Positions 39,401 through 47,708 are shown, numbered from the whole stretch's first letter. The stretch: DNA of 60,076 nt, filler included, from Chloroflexota bacterium (GCA_043754535.1; 2 parts of 2 records of this genome joined end to end with filler, not necessarily neighbours in it); one strand, 5' to 3'. A program made the numbers and translations. Notes: generated by a model not told the origin, from the sequence alone.

Positions 39401-39472
39401 GACCAGATCAAGAAGGTGCTGCCGCTTACCGCGACGGCTGCCCCAGATGCGACGAGAGAGGTAAGTAAGTAG
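30437..39472 (+). CDS. Giant cytoplasmic hybrid histidine kinase: about 13 GAF - PAS - HisKA - HATPase - REC - REC
   Basis: 13 GAF-terminal helices of the type QAAIAIENARL; PAS (ILESIVDGV...LRDITRE); H-box VSHELRTP; NLLTNAVKY, DNGIGI and GTGLGL; two receivers (MDIIMP, LDVRMP). No TM helix seen. Confidence 0.95.
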   Translation: MLTEDERKQTRPQAGEEDSYESNGNGNGNDAAVRPAGRSRSTRRSRKLGGILVGRTRSHVLDAQLDRLLHLLSALGPELIPISEVDVLCTRAAQMIAKGTGAGVVIWRVSPSRQEYEKLLPASERRFIAAGLHGLSDRLFTAVNVSVRETASAVLESEGEAGREPKGEFHLPTVASWYQGAPALLPSLSVLTPAADAAVGETLRAEGIGTIYSLPLLSGRRKLGTLDLYYKGEHEFTPGEQELLEAIAYQTANSMEYSSYQEQAGRKTAEALLLREVSQMINRSLELGDTLDAILISVRRLMYYDAAEISLMNPDGKALTRVVAHNLSGLTADSRDAHRLYPLDGPSITAQIVASRHPLLLGGPADEEYLLKLGYSAQSEPLRSYVGLPLLLGDTVVGALELGSVRARAFTEDDVRILGNIAEQAATAIENARLHENETQRNRELGLLQEISRNINASLDLNETLKTVLTSLSRLITSYAGEVTIYDSTRNVLVSHITTGTTSEDNLSAEYALDAPTYSGWLGRNLKPLLIRKPSERAQYGIVSTSSVRSFIGAPMLIGNRLVGTLEVSSEVDNTYDESDLNLLQVVASQAASAVENAQLYERTDERLTRRLSELTVLQRIGEEMNSTFDLNEIFQLVATEAAQATGAMFTIISEVDADNQLVFIRSFFGDLPVPKGTSVGIPMKEGLIGRSLEIRGPVLVDDVRRDPDYLEFMPEVRSELIVPINYVDEVVGFIDLNSSEVSAFDIEHVHFIEALANQAAIAIGNAKVYQEQMRQSELLGLRANQLNQVLEIGNSITPDRDLDDLMDQVANAISDTIGFRMVLVSLVEGEEGSYFMRRVASAGVPVVVFEQQRRRTVPVEETLRSYQERFRISRSYFLPFEDQGDLLSTTSSTVTLMDTSHSYKAGSWQPEDALFVPLYSTTGDLLGQISVDDPLSGQRPSRSMVEALEVFANQAANAVENAQLFRRYSERITELNALSSIGRDLAAQLDSDAMAEAVYRSLTPIMPIDAFHIALQEGDKMRTVLAVDMGERVLMPPLPITGTLSEAVLHDGEAVVINSQNDEVIESTVLVGSLTRPRSWLGVPLRVGDKTLGVLSVQQYGNYAYTNRDVQLLTTIANQLATALDNATLFERNRQRVGDLAQLNEIGSDLSAARDEARLYELAHSSAIKLFNADAFMVLRYEQGSGTLTPSFVRRAQDESDSSPQPHSLEMELAGVTLRTRRSLLIGNVTNPEELPLGLSGEQTPDSDMIPCSWLSVPLLSGNEVLGILVLQASAADSFTTEQVTLLTLFVNQFTTALENAFLFERDQQRISNLGILNQVAQEITANLNVSQIHSLLYKDTQLLFGNDSLSVAFYEQGSDKIDMVYVHERLGDTITPPYKASLHKSISGLVIKSGEPLLIGDSEDPEQNPMFGINARVGPKEKRTRSWMGVPLFRGGLVIGMINVQAYKVNAFNQEQLTLLSTLANQVATALQNASLFERNERRIAELDSLNNLSRILTTKLDAKDVAQAVYEQLNGSVPVDFYALSLYDEQAGTIMPVLVLDDGKEVDSPPMPLSNRVTGYVIRTRQSLMIGDVENDVLPPNLEVVHLGGEKASRAWIGVPLLIGERVLGTLSVQSYQPNVYSQSDLNFVNTVASQTAIALENVSLFAQSQLRIDELDSLNELSRMLAASMHIDAVAVLVYEHMKRFMDFDIFMMGLFDDARNEISWPFALEQGERMEAPSIALGEGISSWVIENERPLVIGDLENANGLAATLIPIQYGSPQATRSWAGVPMMVGRRVIGILSLQSYKPNQYDEGNIRPLLSVANQAAIAIENARLFNQRERKIAELATINQMAQEISSSLQIDELLQVIYNQVTQVISTRNFFIALYEEKRQEIQFRFMREHGRPVPRAPRRLGPGFVSQIIETRQPLLINYDTARYAAEHGWDHIGDAAKSWLGVPMVLGDRVLGVIAVQSYEVENIYTDDDQALLSTVGSQAAIAIQNAHLFDEASRRIMMLNALNEIGRVLGAVLDEEAVFQKIYEHVSRFFDLSSFYIALYKREEGVIVYPFMVEDEVRIESEGQTTVLGEGLASYVIANRRPLLIDDLVSMNDQYESYHAARTGTHDERSWMGVPMFLGGEVIGLISVQSRNIGAYNQEDLQALGTLAGQAAVAIRNASLFDEIRKLNSTLESTVAERTEALARSNSQLTQEKDRLSHLYNISHQLSTNLDLEDILNRGLRLVSDAVGATRGSIMVVDPANNYLVYRASLGGRRVPAGGKQTPWKIGEGLSGWAVQSRTNVLLSDVRDDARWDRLTGWGDDVRSFMAVPLVTGSDVYGVINLSHQDVAYFSEDQLRLVSTVATEMAIAMHNAELYNLISEQADQLAGNLLVQEQETSKTRAILESIVDGVLVFDRNNTISLVNPAAEQILGVPASQLVGKQVPDDLREITNASPELLDLVTSVIRSAGEGTGGQTNLSRRRFNLSERIVNVNISPVTASSSDTMGIVAVLRDITREAEVEMEKSHFVSTVSHELRTPMTVIKGNTDLLLMGAAGVLSPMQQNIMLAVKRNAERMKTLTDDLLMVSRIETGKIAQSIDTKYYEAAEIVESTASNLRGLAEAKGQNLSVDVQPNLPEVKVDRARIEQVLTNLLTNAVKYTPNNGQIRVRCLLGSNGRSVQVDVQDNGIGISEKDQEKLFTSFFRTDNQQARIQEGTGLGLVIAKNLVEIQGGQMWLDSTLGAGTTFHFTMPAFVETLPNSQIEPPFEVAARQGNKKARILVVDDDPSVTDRLAAALEGAGYEVFKAYSGRGAIEIAAQELPDLITMDIIMPQMDGFETMRALSEDPNSAGIPVVIVSLVSEHEEGFALGAVDFLPKPVDQATLLRSIERVLIHPSADNPGRVLIIDDERDVVEGLEVALRSYGFDVTVAFSGEDGLRRVAQRRPDVILLDVRMPGVGGTQVLETLKHDESTRNIPVIMLTASVPLADARVHMLKLGAEELLTKPFSVGQIVDQIKKVLPLTATAAPDATREVSK

Positions 39473-40147
39473 TGGAAGAATCATACGTGCTTGGCAACTC
39501 CGTTCTGGATCGCCAGCGGCTAGAAACGCAGACGCGGCTGTTCAGCAACTACATCCGTGCCAACGCAAAGCGGCTAGTTGGGGATGAGGTGCATAGCATC
39601 CTCGATCTCGGCTGCGGCGAAGGTCAGTTGGGGCAGGTGCTGCGCGAGGTCTACCCTGCTGCGCAATTGGTGGGGATAGACAAGGATGCAGCGGCAATTG
39701 GGCGGGCGCGGGAACACGCTGCTAGCCTGCACTTGCAAAATACAGACTTCATCGCTGCTGATGTGGAACAGGAGCTACCCGCTGGCCCCTTCGATTTGGC
39801 CTACGCCTCTACGATCATGATGCACACCCACCAGTTGGCGAAGATGGTGGAGCTAGCCCAGGCAGCCCTACAACCAGGTGGCTACCTTTGGGTGAAGGAG
39901 GTTTACCCGAAGGTTAGTGAGCCAACCAGCAGTGCCGAGTACAAGGAGTTGAACACGATTCATCCTGGCGGCCCTGGCCTTCGGTGGCTATTACAATGCC
40001 AGAGGCCTGTTGCAGAAGATGGAGGGCTTGAGCAAAGCCCAACTTAGTGCTAAGATGGTGCGGATTATCAACGCCGCCAACCGGGCCGAGATCGGTACCC
40101 AGCCCTGGAGCAACCTGGTTGCTCGCCGAGCGCAAAAAGTGGTTTGA
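39472..40147 (+). pseudogene. Class I SAM methyltransferase, frameshifted near 39961
   Basis: ILDLGCGEG motif. The frame degrades after ...ELNTI, while another frame from 39962 reads ILAALAFGGYYNARGLL...WSNLVARRAQKVV* to TGA at 40147. Confidence 0.6.
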
Positions 40148-40183
40148 GAGTCGCACCTGAACCTTGGAGGTAGCCGTCCTAAA

Positions 40184-40558
40184 ATGGCAAAGATATTGGT
40201 AGTGGAAGATGAGCCGGATATTCGGATGCTGACCAGCTTCAGCCTGCGCTATGGTGGCTTTGAAGTGGTAGAGGCTGAGAACGGGCAGCAGGCAGTGGAG
40301 ATGGCTCCCCAGGAGCTACCCGACCTGATCCTGATGGATGTGCGAATGCCAGTAATGGACGGCCTGACCGCCTGCCGCCAGATTAAGGCGATAGCTGCCT
40401 TCGCCCACATCCCAGTCGTCTTTCTCTCTGCCCTCGGTCAGGAGTCCGAGATCGCCGAGGGTAAGGAGGCGGGCGCAGTAGCCTACATCCTCAAGCCCTA
40501 TGTGCCAGAGGAGTTGATCAACCGGGTGCGTAGCTTGATCGCCGAACAAAGCGGCTAG
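40184..40558 (+). CDS. Single-domain response regulator (REC)
   Basis: ILVVEDE, LILMDVRMPVMDG, FLSA and YILKPY; GGAGG RBS. Confidence 0.93.
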   Translation: MAKILVVEDEPDIRMLTSFSLRYGGFEVVEAENGQQAVEMAPQELPDLILMDVRMPVMDGLTACRQIKAIAAFAHIPVVFLSALGQESEIAEGKEAGAVAYILKPYVPEELINRVRSLIAEQSG

Positions 40559-40654
40559 CTGGCTAGCAAGCGGGCGTGCAGCAGTGCGTTCGTGGACAGG
40601 GTGTGAACTACACCCCTTCCCCACAAGGGGCGGGGTCGGGGGCGAGGAGTCCAG

Positions 40655-41443
40655 TTGAGCGCAATCGTCATTGACAATGGGTTGGTACATTACGAGGTGA
40701 TCGGGCGGGGCAAGCCAGTCATCTTCCTCCATGGCTGGATGGGTTCCTGGCGGTACTGGATGAGTACCATGGAGTCGATCTCGCGGGGCTACCGCTGCTA
40801 CGCCCTCGATTTCTGGGGCTTCGGCGACAGTGATAAGAACCACCACGACTGTACCCTGACTGATTACCTCGAACTGGTAGACAAGTTCATGGATCGCATG
40901 GGCCTGATCGACGCGCCGGTAGTCGGCCATTCAATGGGTGGCACCATCGCTATGCGCCTCAGCCTCGAATACCCCCATCGCGTCAGCCGCCTCGTCACCG
41001 TCGGCAGTCCTGTGGTGGGGAAGTCGGTTACGCCCCTGTTCAAGATGGCTGCCAACCGCACGCTCAACCGTCTGGTGCGCTCCAACTCGGTTGCCACCCT
41101 CAACAAGCCGCTGCTGCAACGCTGGATCGCCACCAACTGGCAGGTCTGGTACAACGAAATCCTGGAGGATATGGCGAAGGTGACACCAGAAGCCAGCCGC
41201 CAGAGCATGGAGTCACTGGTCAGCACCGACCTGCGCGAGGAGCTACGCAACATCAAGGTGCCAGTGCTGGCGACGCACGGTGGTGATGATGAGGTGGTCA
41301 ACCCCGACCAGATTCAGTTCTTCCAGAATGGCAAGGGGCCACGCCACGTGCGGACGCATATCTTTCCTAAGTCGCGCCACTTCCCCATGCTGGACTCGCC
41401 CGCCGACTTCAACCGCCTTTTGCTCGACGCATTGAACGAATGA
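40655..41443 (+). CDS. Alpha/beta-fold hydrolase
   Basis: FLHGW, DFWGFGDS, GHSMGG nucleophile, GGDDEVV and RHFPML; GAGGAG RBS before a TTG start. Confidence 0.92.
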   Translation: MSAIVIDNGLVHYEVIGRGKPVIFLHGWMGSWRYWMSTMESISRGYRCYALDFWGFGDSDKNHHDCTLTDYLELVDKFMDRMGLIDAPVVGHSMGGTIAMRLSLEYPHRVSRLVTVGSPVVGKSVTPLFKMAANRTLNRLVRSNSVATLNKPLLQRWIATNWQVWYNEILEDMAKVTPEASRQSMESLVSTDLREELRNIKVPVLATHGGDDEVVNPDQIQFFQNGKGPRHVRTHIFPKSRHFPMLDSPADFNRLLLDALNE

Positions 41444-41494
41444 CGTTCGGTGCTGCTTGCCCGTTGTCATGATCGCGCAAAACAGGAGGAAGCG

Positions 41495-41908
41495 ATGATC
41501 ATCCCTGAGACGCACTCTGACCTGCTCGCGCTGCCGCTGCTGGCCCACGTCGCTACGCTCGGCCCACAGGGGGAGCCGCAAGTCAACCCGGTCTGGTTCG
41601 CCTGGGACGGCCAGTACATCAAGCTCACGCTGACACGTCACCGCCAGAAGTATCGCAACCTTGAGCGCGATCCCCATATCGCCCTCTCCATTGTTGACCC
41701 AGCGAACCAGTTCCGCTATCTGGAACTGCGTGGGGTTGTTGAGCAGGTAGAGGATGACCACGACCTGGCCTTCATCAACGGCCTGGCCCAGCGGTACATT
41801 GGCCGCGACTATCCCTGGCACCGCCCAGATGAGCAGCGGATCATCCTCTACATCCGCCCACTGCACAGCAGCATGATGAACGCTGGCCGTCGCACCAGCG
41901 GCAAGTAG
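41495..41908 (+). CDS. PPOX-class F420-dependent oxidoreductase-like protein
   Basis: AHVATLGPQGEPQVNPVWF, QKYRNLERDPHIALSIVDP and YLELRG; AGGAGG RBS before ATG 41495. Confidence 0.88.
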   Translation: MIIPETHSDLLALPLLAHVATLGPQGEPQVNPVWFAWDGQYIKLTLTRHRQKYRNLERDPHIALSIVDPANQFRYLELRGVVEQVEDDHDLAFINGLAQRYIGRDYPWHRPDEQRIILYIRPLHSSMMNAGRRTSGK

Positions 41909-41979
41909 TCAGCACGCATCCGCCGCCAGCCCCCTGTCACAATCGCCTGCGCCTCGGCCTGCTACTGACGATCCTGCTG

Positions 41980-42747
41980 GTGGGCGTTGGTGGGCTGCAA
42001 CTACTAGCCGCCCGCCTTGAGCAGCAGCAGGGGCAAGCAGCGCAGATTGCCCTTGCCCATCAACGGCAGGCTGTCCGCTATGCTGCTAGCCGCGACTACC
42101 AGGCCGCTGCGGAGGAGTACGCCGCCGCCCTACAAGCTAACCCCACTGCCGCCGCTCAACTGCACTTCGACTTGGCCGAAACCCAGCAACAAGCGGGTGA
42201 GCTGAGGTCCGCGATCCACGAGTATGCCGCCGTGCTAGCCAGCGAACTGGATGACGACCCTCAGCAGCTACGGGCCGCCGCCGCCCTGCAACTTGGCAGG
42301 CTATACCTGCGTAACGGAGAGCTAGCCCACTCTTTGGACAGCTATGCCCATGCGCTGGCGATCCAGCCAGACAACGCGGAGTTTTATGAGGAGCGTGGCG
42401 ACGCATACCTGCGGCTGGGCCAGCACGAAGCAGCGTTGGCCGACTACCTGGCGGCCCGCAACCTCTACGGCGTGCGCTTGCAGAGCGGCGGCACAGTCTA
42501 CCTGACCGACAGGATAGAGGATCGCTTGCTGCGTAAGCTGCACGTGTTGGGGGCATGGTTAGCGAACGGTAGGTGTGATGAGGAGCGAGGGCTGCTGCGG
42601 CTGCCCACTACCCCTCCGTTGAAAGCTGGTGCTGTTTTGTTATCTAGGCTATTGCTGCCTGCGCTTCCTTCGCAAAGACCAGCTTGCCATCCTGGGCATC
42701 CACCTGGATCGTGTCGCCCTCGTGGTAGCCACCTTGCAGGGTGGTGA
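41980..42747 (+). CDS. TPR-repeat protein; both ends uncertain
   Basis: TPR units ([26 protein letters not shown]). The hydrophobic frame continues upstream of the GTG, and the 3' end overlaps clpB by 104 bp. Confidence 0.6.
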   Translation: MGVGGLQLLAARLEQQQGQAAQIALAHQRQAVRYAASRDYQAAAEEYAAALQANPTAAAQLHFDLAETQQQAGELRSAIHEYAAVLASELDDDPQQLRAAAALQLGRLYLRNGELAHSLDSYAHALAIQPDNAEFYEERGDAYLRLGQHEAALADYLAARNLYGVRLQSGGTVYLTDRIEDRLLRKLHVLGAWLANGRCDEERGLLRLPTTPPLKAGAVLLSRLLLPALPSQRPACHPGHPPGSCRPRGSHLAGW

Positions 42748-45259
42748 GGGCTAGCGGATCGAGTAGCCGCCGTTGGATCGTGCGCTTAAGCGGGCGTGCG
42801 CCGTAATTGGGGTCGAAGCCTTCGTTTGCCAGCAGTTGCCGCGCCGCCGCTGTTACCTCCAGCCCCAGCTTGCGTTCGGCTAGCCGCTTGCGGACACTCG
42901 CTAGCTGGATGTCCACGATCTGGCTCAGTTCGGCGAGTGTCAGTTGGTTGAAGATTACAACCTCGTCGATGCGGTTGAGGAACTCTGGGCGAAACTGGTC
43001 GCGTAGTGCCTCGGTGATCTCCTCGCGCATCTCCTCCGCCGCCTGGCCGCCGCTAATGTACTGGCTGCCAACGTTAGAGGTCATGATCACCACGGTGTTC
43101 TTGAAGTCTACTGTGCGCCCCTGCGAGTCGGTCAGTCGCCCGTCATCCAATACTTGCAGCAGGATATTGAACACGTCTGGGTGCGCCTTCTCAATCTCGT
43201 CTAGCAGCAGGACGCTGTAGGGGCGACGGCGCACCGCCTCCGTCAACTGGCCGCCTTCCTCGTAGCCGACATAGCCGGGCGGCGCACCAGTCAGGCGCGA
43301 CACCGCGAACTTCTCCATGTACTCGCTCATGTCGATCCGTACCATCGCGTTCTGGTCATCGAACATGAACTCCGCAAGCGCGCGGGCTAGCTCTGTCTTG
43401 CCTACCCCCGTTGGGCCGAGGAATAGGAAGCTACCCAGTGGGCGGTTAGGGTCTTGTAGGCCAGCACGGGCGCGGCGGATTGCATTGGCGACCGCGCTGA
43501 TCGCCTCCTCCTGCCCGATCACTCGTAGGTGCAGCCGCTCCTCCATCCGCAGCAGCTTGGCGACCTCACCCTCCATCATGCGGCTGACTGGCACACCCGT
43601 CCACTTGGCGACGATCTCGCTGATGTCCTCCTCGGTTACTTCCTCCTTCAACAAGCGGTTGCCCCCGCCGCTCACGATGGCGGTCTCAGCCCCCTGCAAC
43701 TGGCGGTTGAGGTCGGGTAGCTGGCCGTATTGGATGCGGGCAGCCCGCTCAAGGTCATAGGCGCGGGTAGCCTGCTCAAGCTCCAGGGTGGCCGCCTCAA
43801 TCTGCTCCTTCAGTTCGCTAACCTTGCCCAGTGCCTCTTTCTCGCCTAGCCAGCGGGCGCGCAGTTCGGCGGCCTGCTCCTTGAGGTTCGCCACTTCCTT
43901 CTCGATGCGCCCCAGCCGCTCCTGACTGGCGGTGTCGCGCTCCTTCTTCAGAGCCTCACGCTCAATCTCCAACTGATTGATGCGGCGATCTAGTTCGTCA
44001 ATCTCGGTCGGTTTGCTGTCAATCTCGATCCGCATCTTGCTGGCCGCCTCGTCGATCAGGTCTATTGCCTTGTCGGGTAGGAAGCGGTCGGTGATGTAGC
44101 GGTTGCTGAGGACGGCAGCCGCCACCAGTGCGGAGTCGGTGATCCGCACCCGATGATGCACCTCATAGCGTTCGCGCAAACCGCGCAGGATGCTGATCGT
44201 GTCCTCCACCGTTGGCTCATTGACCATCACTGGCTGGAAGCGGCGTTCCAGGGCAGCATCCTTCTCAATGTGCTTGCGGTACTCGTCCAGGGTGGTCGCA
44301 CCCACGGTGTGCAATTCTCCCCGCGCCAGCATCGGCTTGAGCATCTGGCTGGCATCCATCGCACCTTCAGCGGCCCCCGCCCCGACGACGGTGTGTAGCT
44401 CGTCAATAAAGAGGATGATCTGCCCAGCAGAGTCGGCTACCTCTTTGAGGACAGCCTTCAGCCGCTCCTCAAACTCGCCACGATATTTCGCCCCTGCCAC
44501 CAGTGCGCCGAGGTCCAGCGAAACCAGGCGGTGGCCCTTCAGCCCCTCTGGTACGTCGCCAGAGACAATGCGGCGGGCGAGGCCCTCTACGATAGCCGTC
44601 TTGCCCACCCCAGGCTCGCCGATCAGCACGGGATTGTTCTTGGTGCGGCGGCTGAGTACCTGGATCACCCGCCGAATCTCCTCGTCGCGGCCAATCACCG
44701 GGTCGAGCTTGCCAGCGGTGGCGCGGGCAGTCAGGTCTACGCCGTAACGTTCGAGAGCCTGGTACTTGGCCTCCGGGTTCTGGTCGGTGATGCGCTGGCT
44801 GCCACGGATCACCGGCAAGACCTGCGTAACCGCCTCGGCTGTTACCCCCAGCGAACGCAGCACCTCTGCCGCTGGGCTAGCGTCGCGCCCGCTGGTTGGC
44901 TGCACTGTGATGCCTAGTAGCAGATGCTCCGTGCTGACGTACTCATCCTTGAGCTTGTCAGCCTCACCCTGCGCTGCCGCCAGCACCTTGCTCAACTCTG
45001 GCGAGGCATACATCTGGCTACCGCCGCCGTAAACCTTCGCCTGCTTAGTCAGGTCGGCGTTCAGCCTGCCGATCACTACGCCTGGCTCTACGTTCAGCTT
45101 CGCCAAAATCTGGGGTACCAGACCCTCCTCCTGCTCAGCAAGCGCGAGTAGCAGGTGGTCGGGTGAAACCTGCGAGTGCTGGTTGCGCTGGGCGATCTCC
45201 TGGGCGGTCGAGATCGCGGCCTGCGCCTTCTCCGTATACTTGTTCATGTTGATGCTCAT
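42644..45259 (-). CDS. clpB: ATP-dependent chaperone ClpB
   Basis: Clp-N domain, [21 protein letters not shown], coiled-coil M domain, GPTGVGKTE and YGARPL. ATG 45259 has a GGAGG RBS. Confidence 0.97.
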   Translation of the reverse strand: MSINMNKYTEKAQAAISTAQEIAQRNQHSQVSPDHLLLALAEQEEGLVPQILAKLNVEPGVVIGRLNADLTKQAKVYGGGSQMYASPELSKVLAAAQGEADKLKDEYVSTEHLLLGITVQPTSGRDASPAAEVLRSLGVTAEAVTQVLPVIRGSQRITDQNPEAKYQALERYGVDLTARATAGKLDPVIGRDEEIRRVIQVLSRRTKNNPVLIGEPGVGKTAIVEGLARRIVSGDVPEGLKGHRLVSLDLGALVAGAKYRGEFEERLKAVLKEVADSAGQIILFIDELHTVVGAGAAEGAMDASQMLKPMLARGELHTVGATTLDEYRKHIEKDAALERRFQPVMVNEPTVEDTISILRGLRERYEVHHRVRITDSALVAAAVLSNRYITDRFLPDKAIDLIDEAASKMRIEIDSKPTEIDELDRRINQLEIEREALKKERDTASQERLGRIEKEVANLKEQAAELRARWLGEKEALGKVSELKEQIEAATLELEQATRAYDLERAARIQYGQLPDLNRQLQGAETAIVSGGGNRLLKEEVTEEDISEIVAKWTGVPVSRMMEGEVAKLLRMEERLHLRVIGQEEAISAVANAIRRARAGLQDPNRPLGSFLFLGPTGVGKTELARALAEFMFDDQNAMVRIDMSEYMEKFAVSRLTGAPPGYVGYEEGGQLTEAVRRRPYSVLLLDEIEKAHPDVFNILLQVLDDGRLTDSQGRTVDFKNTVVIMTSNVGSQYISGGQAAEEMREEITEALRDQFRPEFLNRIDEVVIFNQLTLAELSQIVDIQLASVRKRLAERKLGLEVTAAARQLLANEGFDPNYGARPLKRTIQRRLLDPLALTTLQGGYHEGDTIQVDAQDGKLVFAKEAQAAIA

Positions 45260-45350
45260 TACACAAACCTCCTGCACAACCTTTATCTGTCACAAGTATA
45301 GCACAGGTGAGGTTGGAGCGGAGTAAGAGGCCAGTTAGAGCATGGTTAGA

Positions 45351-45371
45351 CTTGAGCCTTGCGCTATCAAG
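45351..45371. promoter_or_regulatory. HAIR-like (HspR) operator upstream of clpB
   Basis: CTTGAGC-N7-TATCAAG versus consensus CTTGAGT-N7-ACTCAAG (11 of 14 positions match). Confidence 0.6.
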
Positions 45372-45460
45372 GTTGCTGCCCCGCCCGCTGTGCATTTTTT
45401 GCTGCTTACAATCGCCCCAGCCTGCAGAGTTCTGCTACGTGCCTGTGGGAGAGGCTGTGC

Positions 45461-45709
45461 CTACGCTGCCCTGCGCTGAGCGTGGTAGAGGGTGGCCGCC
45501 ATCAGGTGCTTGCAGTAGCGGTTGCCGCGCTGGTGGTCGGGACAGGTGCAGTTCTGGCGGTCGAGGTCTACGCAGTAGTGCTGCCGACCAGTCACTACGT
45601 AGAGGCCCGGCAGCACCGTTGCTGTCACCTTGCCCGCAGCCACCAGGGCAGCAGCCCGCTCTGCCTTGACCCGTACCATATTATTTATCCATTCCATAGT
45701 GCTTGCCAT
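45461..45709 (-). CDS. Small SWIM zinc-finger protein (82 aa)
   Basis: CTCPDHQRGNRYCKH fits the CxC-xn-CxH motif; AAGGGG RBS before ATG 45709. Confidence 0.8.
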   Translation of the reverse strand: MASTMEWINNMVRVKAERAAALVAAGKVTATVLPGLYVVTGRQHYCVDLDRQNCTCPDHQRGNRYCKHLMAATLYHAQRRAA

Positions 45710-45752
45710 TCGTTTTCCCCTTACCCCTCTATCCTGGCCTGCGTCCAATTTA

Positions 45753-45786
45753 GAACAATTGTACCACATTTAGGGCCAAGAAGCAA
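45753..45786 (-). promoter_or_regulatory. Promoter TTGCTT-N17-TACAAT with a LexA-type box (GAAC-AATT-GTAC) over the -10
   Basis: Box at 45753-45764; -10 at 45758-45763 with TG extension; -35 at 45781-45786. Confidence 0.65.
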
Positions 45787-45921
45787 CTACTGGGCAGGGT
45801 TTTACGGCTCGCAGTTGGCGAACTGGTACTGAGCTAGCAGCGTGTAGCGGACTGCCAGCAGATGAGAACAACAGGGCTAACTTCTTCTATAGCAGGAGCT
45901 AGCCATCCATCTGCCTGCTAG

Positions 45922-46290
45922 CTACTTGTTCTTCTGTCGCTCCGGGGTAGAGAGACCCTGATCTATGAGGGTTTGCCAATCGTGGCGGCGGCTGAGACGG
46001 GCAGCACGCTCCTGCTCTTGCTTAATGGTGCGCCAACCAATCAAGGCGAGTAGGGCGTAGGGCCAGCTACCGTAGCGAGCGAGGTCAACCACACGCTCGA
46101 TCAGCAGACGCACGAGAGTGAGGGGGTTGAGGATTGCCAGTGGTCGGTTGGCGGTCAATCCACCACGATTGATGTTCGCCTCCTGCTGCTTGATCTTGTG
46201 CTGCTTCTTACCCTTCTGTTCAGCTTGCAGCCGAATCTTATCGCGTTGCTGCTGTTCCTTACGTACTTCCTGGTCGATCTTGCCGGGCAT
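45922..46290 (-). CDS. Hypothetical basic protein (122 aa)
   Basis: GGAGG RBS inside the 3' end of the M48 gene; K/Q-rich N-terminus and short hydrophobic segments. Confidence 0.6.
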   Translation of the reverse strand: MPGKIDQEVRKEQQQRDKIRLQAEQKGKKQHKIKQQEANINRGGLTANRPLAILNPLTLVRLLIERVVDLARYGSWPYALLALIGWRTIKQEQERAARLSRRHDWQTLIDQGLSTPERQKNK

Positions 46291-47488
46291 CAGCGTTTAC
46301 CTCCAGATCGGGATTGCGAACGAAACCGAGCGGTCGCAGCCGCTCTGCTATTGGTGGATGGGTGTAAAAGAGGAGCTTGACCCAGCGGGGTGGCTCCAAC
46401 TCGCTAAGGCTCTGGCCCGCCAGCTTGAGCAAGGCGTGGCCGAGAGCTATCGGCTTACCTACCAGTTGCACAGAATAACGGTCGCATGCACTCTCTGCCG
46501 CCCGCGAATAGGCATTGAGCAGGGGTAGAGTAAGGATAGCGAGGGCAGCCAGCAACAATGCTATCAGCGGCAAAGCGGCAAGGTCAGTCAAACCCGCATA
46601 GCCGAAGGTCGGCACGGCCCAACGCAGCAATACGTCTGCAAGATAGAGGCCAACAAAGATCAGCCCGCTCTGCAATGCAAGGCCGATCAATATGTGGTTG
46701 TAGACCTGGTGGCCCAGTTCGTGGCCCATCACTGCCTCGATTTCGTCCGCCGAGTAATGAGCCAGCATAGTATCGCTGACGATGATCCGCCTGGTCGGGC
46801 CGAGACCCGTCAGCCCAGCATTGGCCGCCTGCGTCTTGCTGCTAAACTCCACCTCATAGACAGCGCGTACTGGCTTGCCCGCCCGTTCGCTCAGGGCCAG
46901 CAGGCGCACGAGCAATGGGCCGGTTAGGGGCTTGAACTTGTAAAAGAGGGGGAGCAGGAAAACCGGGAAGATCAGGGTGAAGAAGACCATGCAGGCAGTT
47001 GCGCCAAGAGCGGTCAGCAGCCACCACCAGCCACCCGCAATGTGTAGCATCAACTGTGCGCCCTCCACCGCGATCACCAGAACGACCAGGGTGAGTAGGG
47101 TCGCTTTTGCATAGTCAGCCCACCAGCCAGCGGGCGGCTGGTGCGACTGCCCGAACTGGCGTGGCAAGCGGTAGCCAGCCCAGTAGTCCAGTGGCAGGCT
47201 GATCACCGCATAGAGTGGAAAGAGGATGCTGATGTAGAGCGCAGTTGCCAGCGGCCACCAGCCCAGCGCAGCGACGAACCCAGCCAGCCAGCGGGCGGGG
47301 CCGAATAGGAGAGTGACGACGAAGGCAAGGGCAAGTAGCTGCCCTGCGAGTCCCCCCCTGCGGCGTAGGCTGGCGTAGCGGTGTGCCTGCTGCTGCTGGG
47401 CGTAGGGGTCAGCGATTGTTGCCGGGGCTACGTTGTCCATCGGCTGTTCCATGTTGGCAAGATTATCACCTGCAACGGCTGCTGTCAA
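46259..47488 (-). CDS. M48 (Ste24-like) membrane zinc metallopeptidase
   Basis: Multiple TM helices, ANAGLTGLGPTRRIIVSDT, HELGH, SRAAESACD and THPP. Confidence 0.92.
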   Translation of the reverse strand: MTAAVAGDNLANMEQPMDNVAPATIADPYAQQQQAHRYASLRRRGGLAGQLLALAFVVTLLFGPARWLAGFVAALGWWPLATALYISILFPLYAVISLPLDYWAGYRLPRQFGQSHQPPAGWWADYAKATLLTLVVLVIAVEGAQLMLHIAGGWWWLLTALGATACMVFFTLIFPVFLLPLFYKFKPLTGPLLVRLLALSERAGKPVRAVYEVEFSSKTQAANAGLTGLGPTRRIIVSDTMLAHYSADEIEAVMGHELGHQVYNHILIGLALQSGLIFVGLYLADVLLRWAVPTFGYAGLTDLAALPLIALLLAALAILTLPLLNAYSRAAESACDRYSVQLVGKPIALGHALLKLAGQSLSELEPPRWVKLLFYTHPPIAERLRPLGFVRNPDLEVNADARQDRPGST

Positions 47489-47708
47489 GCGTAGTCAGGA
47501 CTGACTTTTTCATGCACTTTACATACCATTGCACCCGGCTTTTGTGGTATAATCAGCCTATAGCGGCGTACTATAACCCGCTGCCATTGGCCTGTGCCAG
47601 CCACCGGAGAGTGATAAGAGCGGCCCTGGCCCATTACTTTAAGCGCAGAACATAAGGCTAGCTAAAAACAGAATTGGTTATCCACTAGGAGCGAAGGAGG
47701 AGAGAACG

